DNA from: Zygnema circumcarinatum SAG 698-1b
Lineage: Eukaryota > Plantae > Zygnematophyceae
Direction: 5' to 3'
Assembly: GCA_037447605.1 (NCBI GenBank)
Contig: CM074812.1
Span: 930,001-994,000, forward strand
Length of the DNA stretch: 64,000 nt
A program made the position numbers and the translations under genes. Numbering within the stretch: the first letter of the stretch is position 1; each line of letters opens with the position of its first letter. The notes beneath the pieces are model-generated. The model was given only the letters and a program-made list of their open reading frames with translations, was not told where the DNA came from and ran no database searches. Shown here piece after piece: positions 1 through 23,452 of the stretch.

Positions 1-290
1 TTCCAGGCCCCTGGTTGATAGATTTCTGGTCTCATATGAAGGTTTTTGGTCAACAACCCTTGTCAATCATGTGTGCACATGCATGTCTTTTTTTCGAATG
101 AACCGTATCTGCTCTCTCTGGCTGTGTGAGCAGGACATGTTCAGACAGTGCAAAATGCAAGTGAAAGAGTGCGGAGCCCTGCAAGGCGTCCAATCGAAAT
201 TTCGAAGTTTCGATTCGAATCGAAACGAATCACGAGTTGGAGTCGGTTTGCTTTGAAGGCCTCTGAACGAATGCTCTGCTTCTGGTTCAG

Positions 291-957
291 GTCGACATCA
301 TCAGCGTCGATCTCAGCAGCCGATTGCCATTTCGCTTCCACAGGCCCATGCTCGATGCAGCCATTCAGGTACAGCTCTGCGATTTCATTCGATTTGACTT
401 CATCTATTGATCCATTTATGCCTTTTTTTGTGTCTCCGCGCCGCCTTACTCGGATTCACCAACGCAGCAGAGGCAGATCAGGACTATCATATTCCAGGTT
501 TTTTTTTTGGTGTTGTCTTGTGCGGGGTGAAACCTATTGCTGAGAGATCCCGATGTTGAAAGCATCAACATCAAGAAATGTCATCACCAGTGCTTGATTG
601 AGGGCTGCTATGTGCTGACTTTGTTGTTTGCTGGTATTTCAAATGCAGAAGGGTATTTTTTTTGAGATCACATATTCAGCAGCCCTTCGAGATGTAGGAG
701 CGAGAAGGCAGCTCTTTGCAAACGCACAGGTTAGTCGTTTTTGCTAGGCCCAAGGTTTGTTTCATGCTTTGTATTATTATGTTTTCAAAACCGGGAAGGT
801 GTTATCCCCAAACTCTAACAGACAGGCGCTAAAGGACATCAGCATATATTTTGGTTGTGATGCGTGATAGCATCATCTCATCTTGGTTGATATGTGATCG
901 TTTATGATTGGGATGCGATGCTGAAGAGAAGATGATGATGATGATGATGAAGATGAA

Positions 958-994
<37 letters not shown>

Positions 995-2040
995 CGTGAT
1001 GTTAAGGAGCGTTATGTGGCTCTGCTTGAGCAGATGCTGTACGACATGACGCGAGGGCGCAACATCATTGTGAGCAGCGGAGCCCTTCAAGTGGCGGAGC
1101 TTCGCGGGCCCTACGATGCTGCGAACTTGGCCACGCTCTTTGGGTTTGACGCCAAGGGAGGGAGAGACGCTCTCTCGCACAATTGCATGTAAGCCCCGAT
1201 TTCTGATCACTTTCGTTCGTTGTTCTCTACTCTGGAGCACATCAGGTACAGAAAAATAGGTATGGTTGAACAGCTCAAATCAACTGCACACTTTCTGTAG
1301 CACTCTTTACTGCTAATAACGAGTATTTTGAGGTTGATGTGAACCATACCCAAGGTCGTAATCGTCATGTACCTTGTAGAAGGAACCCTGATTATGCAGT
1401 CTGATGTAACTCATATCTAACACGTATCATGAATTGGGTAAATTCCAGGGCTGTCCTTGCACGGAGTGAAGAAAGGAGGACCGCTTTTAAGGCCATAAAA
1501 GTTGAGAAGCTTCCGCAGCTTACCCCAGACCCTCCCTCTCTCCATTCAAAGCCTCGGGGCTCTCCTGCTGCAGCCAACCCCTCATATACCTTTGTGATTC
1601 CCAAAGAGTGGGATCCTCCTCAAGCTCCAAAAGCCACTGCTGCTTCGCCCTCTACTTTAGGTCACTCTCCTTTCAGAACAGGGGGAAGGGGCCCTACCCC
1701 TAGAGGGCCTCAGCTGAATGCTACCCCTCCGCAGAGCTCCTTCCCTTTCAGAAGAGATGGAGCTCTGTCTATGGAGGGTGGTTCAGTGCGGCCTTCAGAC
1801 AATACTGGAGGGCTGCACCTTGCAGGGAGTAAGAGGAGTACAGTAGAGGCTGTGGGAGAGCAGGCATTCCAAGATGATGGCTTCATTCCAATGGACCTTG
1901 ATCAGTATGATAATAATACAGAGCGGATGCGATCGAGCAGGAACTTGCAAAGTAAGTCAAGTCAGGCGGCAATGAGAGGATGGGGCTCACAAGGGGCGCT
2001 TAGGCGGGGCTCTGGTCGGTTCGGTAGGCAGGCTATATAG
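291..2040 (+). CDS. RPP30: RNase P/MRP subunit p30 (3' part; exons about 291-368, 649-729, 1034-1188, 1449-2040; upstream exons not resolved)
   Basis: GT-AG exons join in frame: VDIISVDLSSRLPFRFHRPMLDAAIQ / KGIFFEITYSAALRDVGARRQLFANAQ / MLYDMTRGRNIIVSSGALQVAELRGPYDAANLATLFG...SHNC / MAVLARSEERR. These match recalled plant RPP30 motifs (TRGxNIIxSS, ELRGPYDxxNL). Confidence 0.85.
930..997. repeat. (GAT)n microsatellite in an RPP30 intron
   Basis: Near-perfect gatgatgat run; it explains the poly-Met and poly-His ORFs. Confidence 0.95.
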
Positions 2041-2254
2041 GCTCTTATTGCTAATGTGTGGCACCCGTGTTGTGGATAAAGTGTATTACTTGAATGGTAA
2101 ATTTACAGCGTACAATGCATGCATGTTGTTGGGAACTCGTAATATTTGAAATATGTGACACTGGGACCAAGTGCAAAAGTCCTGAATTGCTCCAAAGCAT
2201 CACCCAACTGAGTAACAATCAACGCAGACATGCTCATTTTTTACCTACGATGAG

Positions 2255-2460
2255 AACTCGAACTTGAACTTGAACTTGAACTTGAACTTCATCCTCGTTG
2301 CTAACTAGTTGGTGGGGCATTCTGGAGGAGATTGCATGGGCCCCTCTCACCCACACCCTCAACCTCTAAACTCCAACCGCCTAAACCCTCAACCTCAACC
2401 TCAACCTCAACCCTTAACCCACAACCCTTTAACCTTAACCCTACACCCTGAACCCGAAAA
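2255..2460. repeat. (GAACTT)n run and degenerate telomere-like (AACCCT/AACCTC)n tract between RPP30 and the LIMR gene
   Basis: gaacttgaacttgaactt at about 2260-2290; ctaaaccctcaacctcaacc...cttaaccctacaccctgaaccc at about 2360-2457. Confidence 0.8.
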
Positions 2461-2998
2461 CATTTGTAACAGGACGGAACTGGAACAAAACGGAACTGTA
2501 ACAGGACGGAAGCGGAACAGCGCAACAGCGAATCCCGCTCATTAAGGCGCCCCTGAGACCACCTCTGGAGGCGATCGCTGCCGTCGATCTTGGCCGATCG
2601 GACGGCGCTCGTCGTTTCAGGCGGCGCCGGCGGCGCGCCGGCTGAAGGGGGCCCTCCGCATTGAGCCCTCCGCGATCCAGGGCGGGCAGCCATGGCTGGC
2701 CCTGCTCGGGCCTCTGTCTGGGAACGAATGCTGCCGCTGGGAAGGGAATGGAAGAGAAGGGAAATGGAAGGGAAGGCCTGAAATAGCTCTCATATTCACC
2801 GGGAATTTCTTCCTAATGAGCCGCATTCGCAGGAAGGAGGGCAGGGCGTGCTGTGAAGGGGCTTGAGGGAGTGAGGTGAGAGGAGGAGGAGGAGGAATGC
2901 GGATGAAGGGAGGGAACATGTGAGGGAGGGGGTGTGAAGGATTGGATTCGTTTTCTTTATTTATATTCCGGATATTACGTGCGTGAAAGGATCCAAGG

Positions 2999-5900
2999 AT
3001 GTCGGACTTCGACATTGCTCTGGTGGTCGTGGCTGCCGTGTTGTGCTTCGTGGTGCTGGTTGTCAACATTTACCTTCTGATCAGCTATCAGCATCCAGAT
3101 GACTACAATCAGGCTTATTTTCCGAAAATTATTGTAGTGAGTTTCGTGAATGCCTTTATTTTCAGCCGGAAGGCGCCAATGTCTCTAAGTGCTGGCGTCG
3201 GACATGAGCCTGCACGCAGCCGATTGATGGATTAGAATGAGTCGCCTGCATAAGAAACAATATTTCAATAACAATGTGCAAACTTGCCAACCATCTTCAT
3301 CAAGAAGAACAGCCGCAAGTCCAACTTACTTTGAGGTGTAGCTTAGCATATGGTCGGAACGCCTTAGCATCAAGTCGTTGCTATAATCGCTTGAAACAAA
3401 AAAAAAATAAAGTTCATTCTTCTCTACAATGCATTTACTTGTGTAACCAGTGATATGTAACTGTTGAATTAACTCGTAAACCGCTACTCCCATCGAAATC
3501 CTGCATTGTGAGTGCAGGTCCTGGGCCTCACAGTAGCGCAGTTGTCCATACTGATGCTCCCTGCTGACGTTGCAAACGTGAAAGCATGCGAGAACGCAGT
3601 GGTTACGGGCGCCTGCAGCTTCACTCTGCCGATGAAAACTTTGTGGTACATCGTATGGATAGTAGACGCCGTCTTCATCTTCTTCATCATTCCGTTCACA
3701 CTCTTCTTTTACGAGGAAGGCGAGGACAGGTCAGTAGGTACATTTTAAAAAATCACGTTCGAAAAACTGATTTATGTCCACACTATTAAACTAGTTATCT
3801 TTCTTGTGATTCTATCTGTTTGTGGAGGGTCGTTTCCTGTCTACATGGTAAGGAGCGGACGGAACGGTTTTGAGGGGTTAAATGGGTGGCTTTTCTACTG
3901 AACAGGAGAGCTTCCAAGAGAGTTATTTTCTCTCTCCTGTGGTGCCTCGGAATTGCTGCCGTGGTTGGGGCTGTCCTTGGCGGCCTCTTTGGTACAACCT
4001 TCTAAAGCCTTTCCTTAAACAGTACTTCCTGGACTGCACGTTGCAAAAGGGCAAGATTTTACATTTCTTGTCAAGTGCTAAAAGTTACGATTGAATGATT
4101 TAGAATGTTTATGCTACTTCTTACAGTCCATGATGCTGTGAGTATGTAGACTATACCTCTTGTTACGTTTGGATATGCTCTGAAAGTAGGTATAGGAGGT
4201 GCAGCAGGGGCTGATGAGGGGCTTGGTTCTGCGAAAAGCACGTTTCATGTCAACTGTATTGATCTAATGTGTTCATTTGCCCTGGCATCCCTGATGTGTC
4301 TTCCTGCAGCGGGTGTTGGGTACGTCGACTTCCCCGTCCGGCGGCTTGCCTCTGCCACAATACCCATTACAACGGACTTTGGAAGTCTGACGGCTAAAAC
4401 GCCGTGTCTCTCTCCATACGAAAACATAGGACGCAAAGCTGTAAGTAATCGTGTTGAAGCGAGTCTTCTGTTCAATTTGCATTGCAGGCAAGAGCCGTAG
4501 ATAGGGGATACCATTCTAAATGCAAAACAAACCTTGGGCGGTTATACTACCTCATGGCTAAGAAATCCTTAACTTATCTCTATTCTTTCTCTTTTTTAAG
4601 ATATTTTTATTTCTCCGCTTGTTGTTTTAGTGCGCAACATATACAGCGAGCACTGGGTCGTATACCACATGGACTTTGCGGGCCAGCTTTCCAATGTACG
4701 TTGTGGCCCTCTGCACCATCGCCGGGTCCTGCCTCTTCTCGGTGAGAATATCACAGCTGCGAGAAAAGTCAAACAGCATCATAGGATTCTTTTTTTCTTC
4801 CAGCATCGTGGATCAGGCTTCTAGCGCAAGTGCACGTGTCATCAGGCTGATGGACCCCAGCTGAGCTGCGTAACACATAGGAAAGCACTCAATAGAAGTA
4901 GAACCTAGGTGGAAACTATGAGAATCTTTAACCCAAGACATCTGCATTAGAAAGGATCTCAGGCAGAGGATACCTTCCGAGAGATAACAGAAAGACTTGA
5001 TTGTAAATAAATCGTTCAATTTGGTTGCTTCAAGCTGCGATCGTCTCACTTTTCACAGCTAAGGGCACCCCTCTGCAGACATAAGTTTTACGCTTATTTC
5101 TAGCGGTATTTATGGTGAAGGTACTGACTAAGATGCTTATACTTAATTTCTTCACATGTAGATTGAAACGGAAGTTAGAAAAGTTTATATTATAAGGATT
5201 GCTTGATTTAAGTTTTACCCGATATTGATGCAAGATCGTCTTTATTGCTTACGTTACAGGTATTCGGAGGTGTTGGAATAGCGGCCCTCCCCCTCTCAGC
5301 AATTGGCTCTTTCCTCCGTCGACCGAAAGCCACAATAACTCGAGCGCAGTACATTAAGGTATGACGAGTGTACTCCCGAAGGCCAGATTCATCTCGCTCT
5401 ATCTATTTATATCTGAAAGACAATCAAGCATACCAGTAAAGACACCACGCTCGCCTTTGAGCTATTTTTACGCCTACAGTAGTTTAAGCCATCCTGTTGA
5501 TAAAAGTACGGAGGACTCGCAAGCAGGTGCACAAGCACATGCACGTACATAAGCAGATAAGGAGGCAGACTGATTACTTGGTCCATCAGAACCCATATCC
5601 TAGCAGATTTTTCTTGTAACTGAGTTACATTCTTACTGATTTATCTTGCAGGAAGCCACAGAGCTGGGCAAGAGAGCGCGTGAACTTCGTGGAGTTGCAC
5701 AAACAATCCGCAATGAAGAGAAGGGTGGATTCAAATCCTGGAACTGGAGGAGAAAGGTTCAAATGCTGCAACAGGTCTTGAATCCTTCCTTTCTAAATAC
5801 ATCAAGGAAATGTCACTTCATTTTAAGGAATTCTCTCTGTAGCGAACGTTTTTTTCTGGAATGTGATGGAGGTTCATAGCTACATATCTCGTACACATGT

Positions 5901-7931
5901 TATATCGTTGGTTTTTCTATTTCTTAGGAGATGGCGATTCTTGAGGAGGACGAAGCAGAGCTGGAGCAGCGATTTCCACAGGGAGAGCAGGCGGAGCTTT
6001 CATGGGCTTTCACTGTCCTTCTATACATCGGAAACTTGCTTTCCGGTATTATTGGGTGCGTAAGCTTCAGCTTGGAGAAGGAACTAGATACGTAAATAGT
6101 TAAATTCTAAGAATCCGACGATGCTTGAGTCAATACACGTACACAAGAAGAGAAAAAGAAGCTATTTTTTATTGAACGACTGTTCCTCTGCTTGTCCCCA
6201 GAGTATGTGTCTCCATTTTATGGATTCTTCACATCATATTGTGCATGCTACTGAAGCCGCGTCCCACCACCTTCCTGAACCAAGTCTTTATCAAGCTCGA
6301 CAATGCCTGGGGTTGGTACATTCTTTGCCTCTAATCTCTTATGACATAAGATGGCCTTGCTATCTTAACATCCTAACAAGAGTCAACACATCTGCAGCTG
6401 GAGGAAATGCCTTCATATTTACTTTATGCACTGGAAACACACACACACACACACACACACACTGGTGTAGTTCTTGCATGCCCATGTCCAGGTTCAAATA
6501 GTATCTAGACTGCTGCATATGGCTGTACAATCCAGATGCGTCATTTTAAATTCTCCTCATACGTAAGCTTGCACATCTCCTAATGGGTGTCATGGGTTGT
6601 TCCTTTCATTCTTACATTGTAGGACTACTGGGGACGGCAGCCTTCGCCTTCTTCTGCTTTTACCTTCTGATGGCAGTCATAGCCGGAGAGATGTACCTCG
6701 GGCTCAACTTCGCCATATTCAGTGTACATCCCATGAAGTAGTTTCACTAACCTTTACCTGAGCATCCTACCCACATGCTCATATTGATAAGGTCGCCATC
6801 AGGTTCATTGTCAGTTGAGCACTGAGAAGCGCATGGGCATCAATTTGGCCTTTCCTGTCACAATCTTCTGTCCCCGTGTTGATAAAGCTGGTCCCTGAAC
6901 TCTTGAGCCTCCTTTTTGCTGTTTGCAGAGTAAATGGCACCTTGATGAGCTCTTTCCTCTTCAATGTGGCCCTCATCATGTGCTGCTCCATCAGGTGGGA
7001 CATGCACAAAGCTTAATCTTCATTTCCAAAATAAGTACTCCCAAGCAGTAGAGCTTGCGTTCTTAAAAAGTTCAGCTGTTTTAGATCAGCACATTCTAGA
7101 CTAGCAATTCACTATACGCATGGATGCAAGGTATTCCTCTGTATTCATTTCGACATCTCCCTTTCGTTTCACTGCCAAATGTTTCCTGCTAGTTATGTTC
7201 ACCTGTCTTTCAGTTGTAATTCTTGATGCAGTGTGATTCAATTCTGCGCCAAAGCCTTTGGAGAGTACGCTGAATCGACGGCTGTGTGGGAAATATTTGG
7301 GCACACACTTGAAAACTTGCGTGGTGTGCGATACCTTTACATGTGAGAGCCACGGCGACTGTAATTTTTTCACATATGCCTTTTTTCACATATGCCTTAG
7401 AACACACCTTCACCTGCAATTGATCAAGGAATTAATCTAGCCTGGGGTTCTTATATAAGTTAAAGCTCACCATAAGGAGGCGCATTTGGTGTGTTTGCAG
7501 ATACAACGTTTTCCAAATTGCCTTTATCATTTTTGCGGGACTCACTACTATCTGGTACTTCAAATGGGTGAGTCCAGAGCCGCAACCCTTTTCATACTTT
7601 TTTTAACTCATGCCAACTGAAGCAAGCAAGAACACTGTCCAAGGACATAGAAAATGGTGGCAGAATAGTACTCGATTCAGAACCAGAAAGTGTGCCTTTC
7701 AACCTAGAGATGTTTGGAACATCATTTTCCTGAAAATCCCTAACTCAGTGTAGAATACCAATCATATAAGACCTCAGAATATACTGTCTTCAAGGTTGAC
7801 AGATTATTTACGTGCAGGGGAGGAGAAAACTCAGTATTGGGGTGATGTATGACTGGTCATGTTTCCAGGGCTGGAAGAAGAAGAAGAATAAGAATGGGAG
7901 TCGGAAAAGGGTTACAACTGAAACGATTTAG
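2999..7931 (+). CDS. LIMR/LMBR1-family multi-pass membrane protein (multi-exon)
   Basis: Exon 1 (2999-3136) [43 protein letters not shown]; exon 2 (3518-3729) [13 protein letters not shown]...LPMKTLW...IPFTLFFYE; later exons include [15 protein letters not shown] and [13 protein letters not shown]; last exon 7869-7931 GWKKKK...TETI*. This matches the recalled plant LIMR family (YQHPDDxNQAYFPK, MLPADVAN). Confidence 0.9.
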
Positions 7932-9259
7932 TTTTTGGATACATCGTGCCTTTCAACTACAAGCTTTCCTTTCAAGACTAAAACCTCAGTATTGTGCCTT
8001 CCTCAAGACCTGTCACCTTAGCCATCCAGTCGAGGGCCACCAAAGGCAGCCTCGCTTTATGTGACTGGAATATTCTCAACCCCTATTTATCGGTGTTAGT
8101 TTCCGTCTGACATCATGTTCTATATGGAGAAAGACAATGTTCTGCCTGTATAAAGCCCTCTCTCTACAAGTACATTAGAGCTTTTCACATATGAACTATG
8201 AAATTCTTGAAGCTTCGCGATTCTCCGCCCACAGAAGTCTTCCAAAATGACCGTCTTCAAATTATTTCATTACATCCGCCAGAACGAAAAAAACGACATA
8301 AGGAATTGTGACCCTATGCCAAAATTTGGAACTTACCTTGGAGCCTTATTTTTGAATTTATTCGACCCTGTGATTTTCGAGCCGTTGAATTGCAGCTGGA
8401 GGCCAGAACGGCTTTGTCCATGCATGCAGGTCAATGGATCTGCTGAAGGGGGCTGGATTGGTGAGCGTTAGACCGGACTAGCTCTTTTTACTATGCGGTT
8501 CGTGATGCTGAACCCACAAGGTTATCCACAGTACAGTAGCCGGCCTTCCACTCTCTGTCTCTCTCTCTCTCCCTCCTCCCGCCTCGCGTCCCCCACCCTC
8601 CCCGCTCCCCCTCCCCCTCCTCAACCCCCCCCCCCCTCCCCCTTCCCTCTTACCCCTGCTCCTCCCCCCCCCCTCTCTCTCTCTCACTCTTTCTTTCGTA
8701 CACTGATTGCACTTTCACCTTCACCTTCACCTCTTATTAACATTAAGAGTAGCATGCTTGATAGTTCAGAAGGCTTTAGAACCACTTAAAAAAAGCTGAA
8801 TGGTGGGTTCAAGAATCCATCCTTCGGTCTTGCCATCAATATGTATGTTCATCGAGTAGAGAGAGCGATGGCATGCATGACGCATGTTACGGCATAGCAC
8901 GGCATTGCCATGATTTGTTGTGAAAGAGATTATTCTCAAACGCAGAGCAGGTGTTTTTTTTCCTTGCAAAATCCGCAAATGCCCTCAGGAAAAACACCAA
9001 AAGAGACCCTACAAGCGTTTGGGTGGTAAAGCTGCACCCTTTGTTTTTATTTTCCACTGTAAAATGGCGAAGGTGCACATTTTGCGCTTTCTTAACCGCC
9101 TCATCATCTCAGCTATGCTGATGACCACTACCTCGTCTACTGTTATTGCCGAGCTATGACTCAACCCTTTACCTAAGCCATCTTGAAGCCCCTTCATTTC
9201 TGTGAAGACTTTCTACCCAACTCTTTTCAGAACCTTTTTCTGTAACCAGATTGAGCGGT

Positions 9260-9650
9260 TCAACTAACTTCCACAGCGGCCCTCTGCTTCTCAAAAACCT
9301 CAGACTCTTTCGTCAACTGTACAAGTGTTTGGAAATATATTTTGTCTGTGCGAGGGTCATCGACCCATATAGATTTCACGTCCGTCCAAACGCCTAAGTA
9401 GCCCTTAATCTTTATGCCCTTGATTTCGTTAAGGCAACCGACACCCATTTTTGCTTTAACAACAGGTTCAAATCTCAATGTCGTATTGTCTAAAAAGTGA
9501 ACTTCCATAATTCCCGGCATGACCACTCTGAGCTGGCCGTGATGCATCTCCCTCTCCCATTTGTAAGAGACAAGGTTCGTTGGAAATAAACCGATTGGTA
9601 GGCCAAACTCTGATAAAAGGTCCACTAGGCGCTCAGACTCCGACTTCACT
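9260..9650 (-). CDS. DUF538-family protein (main exon; first exon uncertain, possibly about 10272-10320)
   Basis: LLSEFGLPIGLFP...LRFEPVVKA...IKGIKIKGYLGVWTDVKSIWVDDP..KIYF resembles plant DUF538 (LLxExGLPxGLLP). A ttgcag acceptor lies at about 9650. Confidence 0.75.
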
Positions 9651-10769
9651 GCAACCACAAGAATGAAAAAGAAGTGGGTCCTTTAGGCCCACCCCTATTC
9701 ATTTCGGTGACAGAGAGGGAAGAAGAGAGTGGCCAGGGAAGGAAACAAGGAGGAGGTTGAGGAAGACGGAGAAAAGCAGAAAAAGAGTGTGGGTGTGCGC
9801 GTGCGGTGCGTGCATGTGTGGGTGTGAGAGAGAGTTAGCGAGAGAGAGAAATAGGGAGTATTAGCAGTTCACACAAAACGGGCTTTAAACAAGCCATGAT
9901 TAATGCATTTGGAGGCTTCACCAGCAGCATTTTGCGACTCCTGCCTTAAGCACTTCAGGGCAGAAAAAGGGCAGCCTTTTACGAATGAACAAGCTCTGTT
10001 GAGGATTCAAGCAATCCCGAAAAGGGTGGAAAAGTCATAGCTTGTGCTTCAACACACAGGAAGTAGTATGGACATGAAGTTTAAGGTTCCTCACGTGTTT
10101 ATAGGTCCTTCAATACTTTCAGGGATTGGAGTGGTCCTATGAGGCTACTTCAGGCCAATTCCCAAGAAAAATGAGTGTAGCATATAGGGAAAGGGGAGAG
10201 GGGAGGGGGAGGGAGAGGGGGGGGAGGGGGAAAGATAAGAGAGAGAGAGAGAGGAGAGAGACAGGGGCACTTACATGCCTTGAGATGCACCACATCCCCT
10301 ATAATGGTTCCTACTGCCTGCATTCACGCCTCCCAAAAGCTTCGTCAGCCATAGGGAGCGCTCCATGCAGCGCTATGTCCAGATACAAAGCACCCTCACT
10401 TCAGCAACATCTCCTCCGCCTGCTTCCACTTGTTTAAGGTTTCTGGTTTACGGCCAGAAACTCTAAAGTGCACTTGCGTCGAATACACTCTTCGCAACCT
10501 GCAGCTTTGCAATATGGTAGCTGCGCTATGGCCGCTGTTTAAAGAAGGTGCAGCGCATAGCTAAGCTGATGAAATGGAGCGACTAAGCAGCTGCATATTT
10601 CTCCCGCCCTCCCGACCGTTCTCCCCTCTCGCCCTCCCTCCCTTCATTCCTCCCTCTCTCCCTTCCAGGGATTCTATCCCTCTTATGTCCGCATCTGGCA
10701 GAGAGCAGAAATCTCACCCCGAGGCGCGCCGATGCCTGCTGGAAGATGCTCGCCATGGCTTCCTCCCTC

Positions 10770-10915
10770 CCTCCCTCCCTCCCTCCCCTTCCCTCCCCTC
10801 CCCCTCCCCTCCCCCCCTCCCCCCTCCCCCTCCCCCTCCCCTCCCTCTCCCTCTCCCTCTCCCTCTCCCTCTCCCTCTTCCTCTCGCTCTCCCACTCCCC
10901 CTCCCCTTACCCTCC
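10770..10915. repeat. (CCCCT/CCCTCT)n polypyrimidine tract
   Basis: Almost pure C/T on the + strand. Confidence 0.95.
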
Positions 10916-11536
10916 CACGGAGAAAGGAAAGCCCTTACCTGCAAACCCTAACTGGAGACCGGAGCATGCAACCGGCCCCCTCCATATTTGTTACAGTCCG
11001 GCAGTCATCCGTACGGTACGGTAACTGGAGCGTGTCAGACTCAACATAAAATCGAACGGACAATGCCCAGGCCTCCTAAAATAGGGTTTTGGTCCTAAAC
11101 TACGGGACTACCCCCCTACATTGGTTTTGGAAAAACAAGTAAATAAGGCATGTACGGACGATAAATACAGTATCTGCCCCTAATATTTTCGCCATGGTTT
11201 CGGCAAATATTGGGCGAAAATCTTGGAATTTGAAAATATAAGGTAAGGAATAATCGATTTTAAACGGGGTATTTTAATCGAGTAAAGTTTAACGTTTTTT
11301 TTTTTTTTTGTTTTTCTACGACTCTCCTAGTATTCATTTTGGCGTTGAAACACAAAAAAATCCTTTTTTTGGTGAAAATACTATGATTTTTTCAGTTTAC
11401 GATACCGTAAACTCGCCGTACAATGACACAGTGTAAAAAAAAAAAAAAAAAAAATCAAGAATTAGAAATGAAAAGGCTGTCAAAGAGGCTTGAGCTCAAT
11501 AGCAACAATTAATTTATTGTCAATTAAATGTAGAAA

Positions 11537-11572
<36 letters not shown>

Positions 11573-11832
11573 CCAATTCTAGAATGGTAATTCGCCCTGC
11601 TAATTCGGGCGCACCTTCAACATTGGAGACCCTTAAAAGCTGTAACAAAAAGGAAGACAACCCTTCCTAGTTCCCCCGCGAGCACAGTCAGCCGGCTCAA
11701 AAACACTTCCATAAAGACCCACTTTTTCTTCTGTTGGGCTGCTCAGAAACTCGAATCCCCACATACCCCAAAATCCTAAAACCTTTGAAAAAAAAACCTG
11801 GAACCTGGAATAAAACCTGTGTTTAGTTCCAT

Positions 11833-12480
11833 TCCCTCCTCCCCCCCCCCCCCCCTCTTCTTCCTCCCCTCCCCACCCTCCCTCCCCCCACCTTCTTCTT
11901 CCTCCCCTCTCAGCCGCCTCCCCTCCCTCCCCTCTCCCCCTCCCCTCCCCTCCCCCTCCCCCCCTCCCTTCACCTTCTCCCCTCCCCTTCTCCCCCTCCC
12001 TCCCTCCCCTCCCCCTCCCCTCCCCCCTCCCCTCCCCTCCCCTCCCTCCCTCCCTTCACCTCCCCCACTCCCCTTCTCCCCCTCCCCTCCCCTCCCCCCC
12101 TCCCTTCACCTCCCCCACTCCCCTTCTCCCCCCTCCCCTCCCTCCATTCCCCCCTCTCCCTTCACCTCCCCCACTCCCCTTCTCCCCCTCCCCTCCCCTC
12201 CCCCCCTCCCTTCACCTCCCCCACTCCCCTTCTCCCCCTCCCCTCCCCTCTCCCCCCCTCTCTCCCCTTCTCCCCCTCCCCTCCCCTCTCCCCCCATCTC
12301 TCCCCTTCTCCCCCTCCCCTTCCCCTCCCTCCCCCTCCCCTCCCCCCCTCCCCTCCCCCTCCCCTCCCCCCTCCCCTCCCTTCACCTTCTCCCCCTCCCC
12401 TCCCTCCCCTCCCCTCCCCTCCTCCCCCCTCCCCTCCCCACCCTCCCCCTCCCCACCCTCCCCCCTCCCCTCCCCTCCCT

Positions 12481-12495
<15 letters not shown>
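11833..12495. repeat. (CCCCT)n polypyrimidine tract immediately 3' of the GT47 gene
   Basis: About 660 bp of nearly pure C/T with internal repeated units (cttcacctcccccactccccttctccccc). Confidence 0.95.
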
Positions 12496-22951
<10,456 letters not shown>

Positions 22952-23452
22952 GGCGGCTGCCTCTCCCTCTCCGTCCCGCCCTCTCTCCCTCCCTCTCCCT
23001 CCTCTACCTCTCTCCTTCACTCCCTCCCTGTCTCCCTCTCTCTCCCTCCCTTCCCCTCCTTCCCTTCCTCCCCTCTCCTTCCTTTCCTCCCTCCCTCCCG
23101 CCCTCTCCCTCCCTCTCACCCTCTCTCCTTCCCTCCCTCCCTGACTCCCTCGCTCCCTCCCTCTCCCTCTCCTTTCCTCCCTCGCGCAGAGCGAGAGCGC
23201 TCGGAGAGGGAGGGAGAGGGTGAGGCGGCTTTTCCCAGCTGTTCCAACCAATCGTCGAACGCCACGTGTACAATGTGTCCACGTGTCGCGTCCCATTGGC
23301 GGTGCTTCGAATTTTTCAACGCGTCGTACGGACGGCTTGCGTGTACGAACATATACGGCAGTCCGCTCGGAAAAGACAAGGTCGAGATATGGCCGTACGC
23401 GTATCCGCTCTCAAGATCTGCCATGCGATACACGAGCCGCGAGGAAGTGATT

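Noticed and set aside
902-1240. Poly-His and poly-Met ORFs
   Set aside because: They are translations of an intronic (GAT)n microsatellite; only 1034-1188 is coding (RPP30).
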